Of a stretch of 64,000 nt of DNA, positions 20,410-28,761 are shown piece after piece. The position numbers were made by a program, and so were the translations under genes. This stretch comes from Kiloniellaceae bacterium. Lineage in GTDB: Bacteria; Pseudomonadota; Alphaproteobacteria; Kiloniellales; J153. The first letter of the stretch is position 1, and every line of letters begins with the position of its first letter. The notes beneath the pieces are model-generated. The model saw only the letters and a program-made list of their open reading frames with translations, had not been told where the DNA came from and did not search any database. The stretch covers positions 38,273 to 102,272 of the forward strand of contig JAJFGJ010000017.1 in NCBI GenBank assembly GCA_021776175.1, given 5' to 3'.

Positions 20410-20479
20410 CAGGGCATCATGCCCTATTTATTCAACAGTAGGGCAAATAACCCTAGTTGATATAGGGCATTCTTACCTA
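20410..20479. promoter_or_regulatory. Three 17-bp palindromic operator-like sites
   Basis: CAGGGCATCATGCCCTA (20410-26), TAGGGCAAATAACCCTA (20439-55), TAGGGCATTCTTACCTA (20463-79). Confidence 0.6.
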
Positions 20480-20620
20480 ATAACTCAGAGCCCTCCCACG
20501 CGCGCAACTGTGAGTGGATTGTTAACCATGTTGGACCAATCTTAAGGCTTGGATACCGGAGGCGCCGTTTATGGCGGCCCCATGAAATGAGATTCGTGGC
20601 GGTATCCCGGAGGTTCAACG

Positions 20621-21715
20621 ATGGAGCATTCGCGGGAAATAACAGCCGATACCGGGACCGGCCCGTGGGACAACCCCATGGGCACGCGCGGCTTCGAGTT
20701 CGTCGAGTACACCGCCGAGGATCCCACGGCCCTCGGCCACCTATTCGAGCTCATGGGTTTGCGCGCCGTCGCCCGGCACCGCTCCAAGGCGGTCACACAT
20801 TACCGCCAGGGCGCCATCAACTTCATCGTCAACGCGGAACCCAAAAGCTTCGCTCAGTCCTTCGCCAAGGTCCACGGGCCCAGCGTGTGCGCGATCGCGT
20901 TTCGGGTCGAGGATGCGGCGCGCGCCTTCGAGCGGGCTGTGGATCTGGGCGCCGAACCTTATCGGGGCCGGGTCGGCCCCATGGAACTCAACATCCCGGC
21001 GATCCGGGGTATCGGCGGCAGCCTGATCTACCTGGTCGATAGGGCCGATCATTCCAGCATCTACGATGTCGATTTCAAGCCGCTCGAAAACTTGGCGCCC
21101 GATCCCGGCACCGGGCTGGGCGAGATCGACCACCTGACCCATAACGTTTTTCAAGGCCGCATGACTCTGTGGTCGGAATTCTACGAGCAGCTCTTCAATT
21201 TCAAGGAAATCCGCTACTTCGATATCGAGGGTAAGCTGACCGGCCTGCGCAGCCGGGCCATGACCAGCCCTTGCGGGCGCATCCGCATTCCGATCAATGA
21301 ATCCGCCGACGACAAGTCGCAGATCGCGGAATATCTGCACGCCTACCGGGGCGAGGGGATTCAGCATATCGCGCTCACGACCGGCGACATTCATGGGACG
21401 GTCGAGGCCTTGCGCGCGCGCGGCTTGATCTTCATGGAACCGCCGCCCGAGTCTTACTACCGGGCGGTGGACGCGCGCCTTCCCGGTCACGGTGAGGATC
21501 TTGAGCGTCTGCGCGCGAACGCGATTCTGATCGACGGCGCCCCGACCGAGGACGGCGGGCGCCTGTTGCAAATCTTCACCCGCGCGGTGATCGGCCCGAT
21601 CTTTTTTGAAATCATCCAGCGCAAGGGCGACGAGGGCTTCGGCGAAGGAAACTTCAAGGCCCTGTTCGAGGCCATGGAGCAGGATCAGATCCGCCGCGGC
21701 GTCCTGCAGGCTTAA
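20621..21715 (+). CDS. hppD: 4-hydroxyphenylpyruvate dioxygenase
   Basis: NPMGTRGFEFVEY, IDHLTHNV, GEGIQHIAL, FFEIIQRKGDEGFGEGNFKALFE. Confidence 0.97.
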   Translation: MEHSREITADTGTGPWDNPMGTRGFEFVEYTAEDPTALGHLFELMGLRAVARHRSKAVTHYRQGAINFIVNAEPKSFAQSFAKVHGPSVCAIAFRVEDAARAFERAVDLGAEPYRGRVGPMELNIPAIRGIGGSLIYLVDRADHSSIYDVDFKPLENLAPDPGTGLGEIDHLTHNVFQGRMTLWSEFYEQLFNFKEIRYFDIEGKLTGLRSRAMTSPCGRIRIPINESADDKSQIAEYLHAYRGEGIQHIALTTGDIHGTVEALRARGLIFMEPPPESYYRAVDARLPGHGEDLERLRANAILIDGAPTEDGGRLLQIFTRAVIGPIFFEIIQRKGDEGFGEGNFKALFEAMEQDQIRRGVLQA

Positions 21716-21719
21716 GAGC

Positions 21720-22529
21720 ATGGGCGTGATCCAAAAACCCGGACCCGGCGCCGACTTCGTTATCGCCCAAGACTGGTCCGGCTACACCGGCGAGGACCAT
21801 GCCATCTGGCGCGCCTTGTTCGAGCGTCAGTCGAAGCTGCTGCCCGGGCGGGCCTGCGCGGAATATCTCGAAGGCTTAGCGTCGCTGGGCGTCGCCGCCG
21901 ATGGTATCCCCGAGTTCGAGCGACTTTCCGACATCATGGAACGCGCGACCGGCTGGCGCGTCGTCGCGGTCCCCGGACTGGTGCCCGACGATATTTTTTT
22001 CGGACATCTGGCGGCGCGCCGTTTCCCGGCGACGAACTGGATCCGCGGGCGCGCGCAGCTCGACTACCTGCAAGAGCCCGACGTTTTCCACGATGTCTTC
22101 GGCCACGTGCCCATGTTGATGAACCCGGTGTTCGCCGACTACCTGCAAGCCTACGGACGTGGCGGGCTGAAGGCCCTGGGTCTTGGGGCCTTGGCCAAGC
22201 TGGCGCGGCTCTACTGGTACACGGTGGAGTTCGGTTTGATCGCGACCGGCGAGGGCCTGCGCATCTACGGCTCCGGCATCGTGTCCTCCCACGGCGAGAC
22301 GGTCTATAGCCTGGAGAGCCCCAAACCCAAGCGCATCGCCTTCGACCTCATGCGCATCATGCGGACCGAATACCGCATCGACGACTTCCAGGACGCCTAC
22401 TTCGTGATCGAGAATTTCGGCCAACTCTTCGACGCGACCCGGCCCGATTTCACGCCCTACTACGAGCAGCTAAAGACCATGCCGGATATCGCGCCGGGCG
22501 CGGGTGTGGACGGGGACCGGATGATCTAA
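21720..22529 (+). CDS. phhA: Phenylalanine 4-monooxygenase
   Basis: DYLQEPDVFHDVFGHVP, RLYWYTVEFGL, IYGSGIVSS; ATG at 21720. Confidence 0.96.
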   Translation: MGVIQKPGPGADFVIAQDWSGYTGEDHAIWRALFERQSKLLPGRACAEYLEGLASLGVAADGIPEFERLSDIMERATGWRVVAVPGLVPDDIFFGHLAARRFPATNWIRGRAQLDYLQEPDVFHDVFGHVPMLMNPVFADYLQAYGRGGLKALGLGALAKLARLYWYTVEFGLIATGEGLRIYGSGIVSSHGETVYSLESPKPKRIAFDLMRIMRTEYRIDDFQDAYFVIENFGQLFDATRPDFTPYYEQLKTMPDIAPGAGVDGDRMI

Positions 22530-22617
22530 TTTTTGGTTAGGGAACGAGTGTGCGGATGCGACGCTTGACGCGAGAGTTTTGGAAGAGAAAGCGATGACCG
22601 GGCAAATTTCGTTGAAT

Positions 22618-22700
22618 GTCATTACCGGGCTTGACCCGGTAATCCATCGCGGTCCGAGACTCCTTCGCCGATGGACCCTCGGGTCAAGCCCAAGGGTGAC
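22618..22700. repeat. REP-like palindromic element, family C (GTCAT..GGGCTTGACCC)
   Basis: GTCATTACCGGGCTTGACCCGGTAATCCATCG ... CGATGGACCCTCGGGTCAAGCCCAAGGGTGAC; nested inverted repeats. Confidence 0.75.
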
Positions 22701-22746
22701 GAAAGAGAAAAAGGGTTTGGGTTTGGAACCTGCTTGGACCGGGGCA

Positions 22747-22859
22747 CCCCCCACCCTAACCCTCCCCCTCAAGGGGGGAGGGGATAGAAGGGGGCTGAGG
22801 AATGGGTCGCGCGGGGTTCTTCTCCCTCCCCCCTTGAGGGGGAGGGCCGGGGTGGGGGG
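22747..22859. repeat. REP-like palindromic element, family B (CCCCACCCTAACCCTCCCCC..GGGGGAGGG)
   Basis: Two inverted hairpin units; arms near-identical to 35928-36026. Confidence 0.8.
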
Positions 22860-22916
22860 TGACCGCGATTCAGGCGGCGTTCTCGCCCGCGCCAACCCGC
22901 TACCCATGGAGGCCCC

Positions 22917-24056
22917 ATGAAGAACTGGATCGCCTTGCCGCGTATCGAGGGGAAGTCTTCGCGTCAGGCCCATGCGGACTTGCCCGAGGGCACTTATGAG
23001 CGCGAGCTTGGGCGCGAGGGGTTTTTCGGCCCGGCGACTCAGATGTATCACACCCATCCACCGACCGGGTGGAGCGGGTGGGAAGGACCCCTGCGCCCGC
23101 GCGCCTTCGACCTCAATCGGATCCAAGGCGCGGCGGGCGATCCCTGGGGAGCGGTCACGGTCTTGCACAACGCGCACGTGGGTTACCGTTTCTGGCGTAC
23201 GGAGGGGCGCATGGACGCGCTCGCGCGCAACGCCGACGGCGACGACTTGCTGTTCATTCACAATGGCGAAGGTCATCTTTTTTGCGATTACGGCCATCTG
23301 GAAATCGAAGCCGGCGATTACGTCGTCATGCCGCGCGGCACCATGTGGCGCACCGAGTTTTCGGGCCCGGCGGAGGTCTTGCTGATCGAGGCGACCGGCG
23401 GTGCCTACGGCTTGCCGGACAAGGGCCTGGTGGGGCCGCACGCCATCTTCGATCCGGCCATGCTCGACACGCCGCGCATGGACGACGCCTTTCGCGCCCA
23501 GCAAACGCCGCCGGGTAAAGAGGAAATCTGGCGCGTGTGGATCAAGCGATGCGGCGTCCTCTCGACCGTGACCTATCCCTACAATCCCCTGGACGCGGTT
23601 GGCTGGCACGGCGACCTGGCGCCGGTGCGCCTTAACGTGCGCCATATCCGGCCCTTGATGAGTCACCGTTACCACTTGCCGCCCAGCGCTCACACGACCT
23701 TCATGGCCGAGCGCTTTGTCATCTGTACTTTCGTGCCGCGCCCCTTCGAGACCGATCCCGGCGCCCTCAAGGTTCCCTTCTTTCATAACAACGACGATTA
23801 CGACGAGGTGATTTTCTATCATCGCGGGGACTTCTTCAGCCGCGACAATATCGAGGCCGGCATGGTGACCTTCCACCCCAGCGGCTTCACCCATGGGCCG
23901 CATCCCAAGGCGCTCGCCGGGGCCCTGGCGCCCAGGAAGTCGGCGACCGACGAATATGCGGTCATGCTAGACACCCGCGATCCCCTGGAGGCCGGCGACT
24001 TGCCCGAGGACGCTGAGCTGTCCGATTACGCCCAATCCTGGCGCGCGCCGGTCTAG
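22917..24056 (+). CDS. hmgA: Homogentisate 1,2-dioxygenase
   Basis: RNADGDDLLF, PLDAVGWHG, HLPPSAH, PFFHNNDDYDEVIFYH, HPSGFTHGPHP; lies in an operon with hppD. Confidence 0.93.
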   Translation: MKNWIALPRIEGKSSRQAHADLPEGTYERELGREGFFGPATQMYHTHPPTGWSGWEGPLRPRAFDLNRIQGAAGDPWGAVTVLHNAHVGYRFWRTEGRMDALARNADGDDLLFIHNGEGHLFCDYGHLEIEAGDYVVMPRGTMWRTEFSGPAEVLLIEATGGAYGLPDKGLVGPHAIFDPAMLDTPRMDDAFRAQQTPPGKEEIWRVWIKRCGVLSTVTYPYNPLDAVGWHGDLAPVRLNVRHIRPLMSHRYHLPPSAHTTFMAERFVICTFVPRPFETDPGALKVPFFHNNDDYDEVIFYHRGDFFSRDNIEAGMVTFHPSGFTHGPHPKALAGALAPRKSATDEYAVMLDTRDPLEAGDLPEDAELSDYAQSWRAPV

Positions 24057-24067
24057 GATTACGGAAC

Positions 24068-25051
24068 ATGAAACTGGCGAGCTTCAAGGACGGCGGGCGC
24101 GACGGCGCCCTGGTCGTGGTCGACCGGGCCATGACGCGCTGCGTTCCGGCGGCGCCGGCCGCGGCGACACTCCAGCAGGCTTTGGAGTCCTGGGCCGAAA
24201 CGGCGCCCAAGCTGGCCGAAATCGCGCGCGCGCTCGAAGCGGGAGAACGCGGCGACGCCCAAGCCTTCGACACCCGCGCCTGCGCCGCGCCCTTGCCGCG
24301 CTGTCACCTCTTCGCCGACGGTTCCGCTTACGTTCACCATATGGAATTGGTGCGTAAGGCGCGCGGTGCCGTCATGCCGGAAAGCTTTTGGAGCGAGCCG
24401 CTCATGTATCAGGGCTTGTCCGATGGCTTCCTCGGCCCCCATGACGATATCGCGGTCGAGGACGAGTCCTGGGATATCGATTTCGAGGGCGAGCTTGCCG
24501 CGATCGTGGACGACGTGCCCCAGGCGGTCACCGCCGAGGACGCCCGGGGCCATATCAAGCTCATCGTGCTGCTGAACGATGTCAGCTTGCGCGCCTTGAT
24601 TCCCGGTGAGCTGGCCAAGGGCTTCGGGTTCTTCCACGCCAAGCCGGCGAGCGGCTTCTCGCCGGTCGCGGTGACGCCCGACGAATTGGGCCCGGCCTGG
24701 GATGGCGGGCGCTTGCACCTGCCCCTGCTGACCTGCGTCAATGGCGAGGAGATCGGGAGGCCCAACGCGGGGCGCGACATGACCTTCGACTTTCCACGCC
24801 TGATCGCCCACGCGGCGCGGACCCGGCGGTTGTCGGCCGGGTCCATTATCGGGTCCGGGACGGTCTCGAATAGGGACCGGGCCGTGGGCTCGGCCTGCCT
24901 GGCCGAGGCGCGGGCGATCGAGACTCTCGACCACGGCGCGCCGCGCACGCCATTCTTAAGATATGGCGACCTTGTGCAAATCGAGATGGTGGATGAAAAC
25001 GCTATATCTATATTCGGCCAAATCGAGCAAAAAGTCGTACGCTATCCATGA
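24068..25051 (+). CDS. Fumarylacetoacetate hydrolase family protein
   Basis: MKLASFKDGGRDG, ADGSAYVHH, IDFEGE, NDVSLR, GSGTVSN. Confidence 0.92.
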   Translation: MKLASFKDGGRDGALVVVDRAMTRCVPAAPAAATLQQALESWAETAPKLAEIARALEAGERGDAQAFDTRACAAPLPRCHLFADGSAYVHHMELVRKARGAVMPESFWSEPLMYQGLSDGFLGPHDDIAVEDESWDIDFEGELAAIVDDVPQAVTAEDARGHIKLIVLLNDVSLRALIPGELAKGFGFFHAKPASGFSPVAVTPDELGPAWDGGRLHLPLLTCVNGEEIGRPNAGRDMTFDFPRLIAHAARTRRLSAGSIIGSGTVSNRDRAVGSACLAEARAIETLDHGAPRTPFLRYGDLVQIEMVDENAISIFGQIEQKVVRYP

Positions 25052-25102
25052 CGCGCACGGCACGCTTTACATACATATTCATGTGAAAATATAAGGGAAA
25101 AC

Positions 25103-25918
25103 ATGCCCGATAGTTCAAACAAGAGTTTCCGCGCCTACGAGGACGCCAACTTCCTGCACAGCCCCGACGCGCGGGCCCTGCGCATTCTGGCCGAGTACAT
25201 CGAGCCGAACAGCCGCTTCAAGCACTACAATATCGAGGACACGATCATCTTCTTCGGCTCCGCCCGTATCCCGTCGCGCGATGAGGCGCGAGAAGCCCTG
25301 AAAATCGCGGAAGCCGAAGGCGGCAACGTCGAAAAGGCACGCTCCGGCCTGGAAATGTCGCAATACTATGAAGCGACGCGGGAATTGGCCAAGCGCCTGA
25401 CCGTCTGGTCAAAGGGCCTGGGCGAGGACGCCCGGCGCTTCGTCGTGTGCAGCGGCGGCGGCCCGGGCATCATGGAGGCCGCCAACCGGGGCGCTTCCGA
25501 GGCCAAGGGCCTTAACGTCGGCCTCAATATTTCCCTGCCCTTCGAGCAAATGGAAAACCCGCACATCAGCCGCGAGCTGTCGTTCGAGTTTCATTACTTC
25601 TTCATGCGCAAGTTCTGGTTCACCTACCTGGCCAAGGCGGTCGTCGTGATGCCGGGCGGCTTCGGCACCTTGGACGAGCTGTTCGAGCTCCTGACCTTGA
25701 TCCAGACCCGTAAGGTGCGTAAGCACCTGCCGATCGTTCTCTTCGGCAGCCGTTACTGGTCCGAGGTCATCGATATGAAAGCCTTGGAAAAATACGGCAC
25801 CATCGACGCGGCGGATCTGGAACTTTTTTTCCGTACCGATTCCGTTGACGAAGCCTACGATTTCATCACCGAGCAACTAAAGGCCTATTCCCTGGGAAGC
25901 CCCGGCGCGACCCTGTAA
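25103..25918 (+). CDS. LOG family nucleotide phosphoribohydrolase
   Basis: FFGSAR, SGGGPGIMEAANRGA, FHYFFMRK, PGGFGTLDE. Confidence 0.9.
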   Translation: MPDSSNKSFRAYEDANFLHSPDARALRILAEYIEPNSRFKHYNIEDTIIFFGSARIPSRDEAREALKIAEAEGGNVEKARSGLEMSQYYEATRELAKRLTVWSKGLGEDARRFVVCSGGGPGIMEAANRGASEAKGLNVGLNISLPFEQMENPHISRELSFEFHYFFMRKFWFTYLAKAVVVMPGGFGTLDELFELLTLIQTRKVRKHLPIVLFGSRYWSEVIDMKALEKYGTIDAADLELFFRTDSVDEAYDFITEQLKAYSLGSPGATL

Positions 25919-25956
25919 GATCGGTTTCCGCGCCCATACACAGGGGGAATACCGTT

Positions 25957-26346
25957 ATGTTGAAGAAGGGCTTTAAGCAGCTGCTGGCCGAAGCCAATGC
26001 CGAAATCGAGATTCTCCAGGCCGGCGAGACTCTGGGGCTGGCCGAGGATGCCGATGTCGTGTTCGTCGATGTGCGTGAGTCTCACGAACGTCAACAAGGT
26101 TACATCCCCCAGTCGATACACGCCTCGCGCGGATTTCTGGAATTCGTCGCCGATCCCGAAGGGCCCATGCACAACCCCCTGTTGACCCCTGGTAAACGCC
26201 TCGTGGTCTATTGCGCCAGCGGCGGCAGGTCTGCCCTGGCGGCCAAGACACTTAAGGACATAGGATTCCCCCGGGTTGCTTCTCTGGCCGGGGGCTACCA
26301 GGCCTGGCAAGCGGCGGGAGCGGGAAAAGCGGGCGAACGTGTCTAA
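25957..26346 (+). CDS. Rhodanese-like domain protein
   Basis: VDVRE, RGFLEF, active loop YCASGGRS, LAGGYQAW. Confidence 0.9.
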   Translation: MLKKGFKQLLAEANAEIEILQAGETLGLAEDADVVFVDVRESHERQQGYIPQSIHASRGFLEFVADPEGPMHNPLLTPGKRLVVYCASGGRSALAAKTLKDIGFPRVASLAGGYQAWQAAGAGKAGERV

Positions 26347-26467
26347 AGAATAAACTATAACCTTGGCCCGGCGTTCTCTGGTATTCTATCGCCGTCTTGA
26401 CTAAGGAAGGGCCGGGCCGCGTCAAGGGTGCGTGGCTTCCGTCCCGATTACAGGGAGCGAGACTTAC

Positions 26468-27508
26468 ATGCGAAAGAACCCCATTACACGCCTTATAGGC
26501 GCCGCCGCCATGGGCGCGGCCGCGATGACCTTGGTCACCGGGCCGGTGCTCGCCAAGACCGAGCTGACGGTCTACACCGCCGTGGAGGCGGAAGACCTGA
26601 AACGCTATGCCGCCGCCTTCAACGAGGACTATCCCGACATCGAGATCAAGTGGGTCCGGGATTCAACCGGCATTGTTACCGCCAAGTTACTGGCGGAGAA
26701 GAACAACCCGCAGGCCGACGTGGTTTGGGGCTTGGCCGCGACGAGCCTGCTGCTGATGAAGGGCGAGGGGATGCTTGAGCCCTATGCGCCCAACGGGCTC
26801 GAAAACCTCGATGCCAAGTTCCGCGACAGCGACAACCCGCCCTATTGGACCGGCATGGATGCCTGGGTGGCCTCGGTTTGCTTCAACACGGTCGAGGGCA
26901 AGAAGTACAATCTGCCCGTGCCGTCTTCCTGGAAAGATCTGACCAAGGCCGTCTATAAGGGCCATGTGGCCATGCCGAACCCGAACTCCTCGGGCACCGG
27001 GTTCCTCGACGTTTCAAGCTGGCTTCAGATCTTCGGTGAGAAGGGCGGCTGGGCCTTCATGGACGACTTGCACAAGAATATCAGCCACTACACCCATTCC
27101 GGATCGAAGCCATGTAAGCAGGCGGCCGCGGGCGAAATCCCGATCGGCGTGTCCTTTGCGTTCCGTGGGGCCAAATCCAAGGCCGCCGGCGCGCCGCTTG
27201 AAATCGTGGTTCCCTCGGAAGGCATTGGCTGGGACATGGAAGCGACAGCTATCATTCGCGGAACCGAAAAGTTGGATGCCGTTAAGAAGCTGGTCGATTG
27301 GACCATCACCGAGAAAGCAAACCGCCTCTACAACCAAGGTTATGCGGTGGTCGCGATTCCGGGCTTGGCCAAGCCGGTCAAGTATTTCCCAGCCGGGATC
27401 ACCGAGGCGATGATCGACAACGACTTCGAGTTCGCGGCGCGGAATCGCAATCGCATTCTCACCGAATGGCAATCCCGATACGATTCCAAGTCCGAACCTA
27501 AGAAGTAA
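26468..27508 (+). CDS. aepX: 2-aminoethylphosphonate ABC transporter substrate-binding protein (AepX/PhnS2-like)
   Basis: Signal peptide; LTVYTAVE, WVRDSTGIVTAKLLAEKNNPQADVVWGLAATS, MPNPNSSGTGFLDVS, YTHSGSKPC; phnW nearby. Confidence 0.85.
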   Translation: MRKNPITRLIGAAAMGAAAMTLVTGPVLAKTELTVYTAVEAEDLKRYAAAFNEDYPDIEIKWVRDSTGIVTAKLLAEKNNPQADVVWGLAATSLLLMKGEGMLEPYAPNGLENLDAKFRDSDNPPYWTGMDAWVASVCFNTVEGKKYNLPVPSSWKDLTKAVYKGHVAMPNPNSSGTGFLDVSSWLQIFGEKGGWAFMDDLHKNISHYTHSGSKPCKQAAAGEIPIGVSFAFRGAKSKAAGAPLEIVVPSEGIGWDMEATAIIRGTEKLDAVKKLVDWTITEKANRLYNQGYAVVAIPGLAKPVKYFPAGITEAMIDNDFEFAARNRNRILTEWQSRYDSKSEPKK

Positions 27509-27545
27509 GATCGTTTTCCGCTGATAAGCGGATTGCTTAAGGTTT

Positions 27546-27579
27546 CGTGGGCCGCCGCACAGGCGCGTGGCGGCCCACG
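27546..27579 (+). other. Intercistronic hairpin after the SBP gene
   Basis: CGTGGGCCGCC / GGCGGCCCACG 11-bp stem with no U-tract. Confidence 0.5.
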
Positions 27580-27603
27580 GCCTCAAATTTCCGTGGGGAA
27601 ACA

Positions 27604-28761
27604 GTGACCATTGCTGAAAGTGCCGTAACGCCGCGAACGGCGCCCGGTAACGGTGCGGCTATCGTGCCGGGGCCAAGCGGGAAGGTTTACTTGCGCATCG
27701 AGCATCTGAGCAAGATGTTCGGCGATTTCACCGCGCTTAGCGGCATTAATTTGGAAATCCACGAGCGGGAATTCGTCTGTTTCCTCGGCCCTTCCGGGTG
27801 CGGAAAGACGACTTTGCTGCGCGCGATCGCTGGGCTGGATATCCAGACCAGTGGCAAGATAGAACAAGCGGGGCTGGACATCTCGGCCCTGCCGCCTTCC
27901 GAGCGCGACTTTGGAATCGTGTTCCAGTCTTACGCCTTGTTTCCGAATTTGACGGTCGTCAAGAACGTCGCCTACGGCCTGGAAAACCGGAAACTCCCGC
28001 GCGGCGAGATACGCACTCGCGTGGCCGAACTTCTGGCGCTTGTCGGTCTTGGAGATCAAGGCGATAAATATCCGGCGCAGCTATCGGGTGGGCAGCAACA
28101 ACGTGTCGCCCTGGCCCGGGCCATCGCGACTTCGCCGGGCCTGCTGTTATTGGACGAGCCGCTTTCCGCCCTTGACGCCAAGGTGCGCGTGTATCTGCGC
28201 CACGAGATCCGAAGCCTGCAACGGCGCTTGGGCGTGACAACCGTCATGGTCACGCACGATCAGGAAGAAGCCCTGACCATGGCCGACCGGATCGTGGTCA
28301 TGAACCAAGGCGTGATCGAACAGATCGGCGCGCCCATGGATATTTACCGGCGCCCGGCGACCGCTTTTGTCGCCGATTTTATCGGCACCATGAATTTCTT
28401 GCCGGGGGTCGCCGAAGGGCCGGACCGGGTGCGTGTCGGGCAAGTCGTCTTGGCATGCGATGCCGGCGATGCAGAGCCCGGCGCCCAGGTGACCCTTGCC
28501 GTGCGGCCCGAGGATATTGCCTTGCAGGATGTGAAATCCAGCGCCGAGAACGCCTTCGAGGTTGAGATCGGATCGATGGAATTCCTGGGCTCGTTCTTCC
28601 GCGCCGAACTGGCCGATGAGGCGATGGCGGACACCCGGCTTCGCGCCGATTGGTCGATCAATCTGGTCCGGCGCCATGGCCTCGAACAAGGGCAGCGATT
28701 GCACATCGCGCTTCCGCGCGACCGCATCCGGGTCTATCCCCAAAGCAGCCTTCATGGCTAA
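27604..28761 (+). CDS. AEP ABC transporter ATP-binding protein (PhnT2-like)
   Basis: GPSGCGKTT, LSGGQQQRVA, LLLDEP, C-terminal TOBE-like region; GTG 27604 after GGGGAA. Confidence 0.9.
   Translation: MTIAESAVTPRTAPGNGAAIVPGPSGKVYLRIEHLSKMFGDFTALSGINLEIHEREFVCFLGPSGCGKTTLLRAIAGLDIQTSGKIEQAGLDISALPPSERDFGIVFQSYALFPNLTVVKNVAYGLENRKLPRGEIRTRVAELLALVGLGDQGDKYPAQLSGGQQQRVALARAIATSPGLLLLDEPLSALDAKVRVYLRHEIRSLQRRLGVTTVMVTHDQEEALTMADRIVVMNQGVIEQIGAPMDIYRRPATAFVADFIGTMNFLPGVAEGPDRVRVGQVVLACDAGDAEPGAQVTLAVRPEDIALQDVKSSAENAFEVEIGSMEFLGSFFRAELADEAMADTRLRADWSINLVRRHGLEQGQRLHIALPRDRIRVYPQSSLHG

Noticed and set aside
20522-20529. TTAACCAT CtrA half-site upstream of hppD
   Set aside because: A single 8-mer with no second half-site is too weak alone.
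22579-22920. 113-aa ORF between phhA and hmgA
   Set aside because: It is a translation of the REP-like palindromes (PPTLTLPLKGGG, LPPPLRGRAGVGG). It has a TTG start and no protein-like features.
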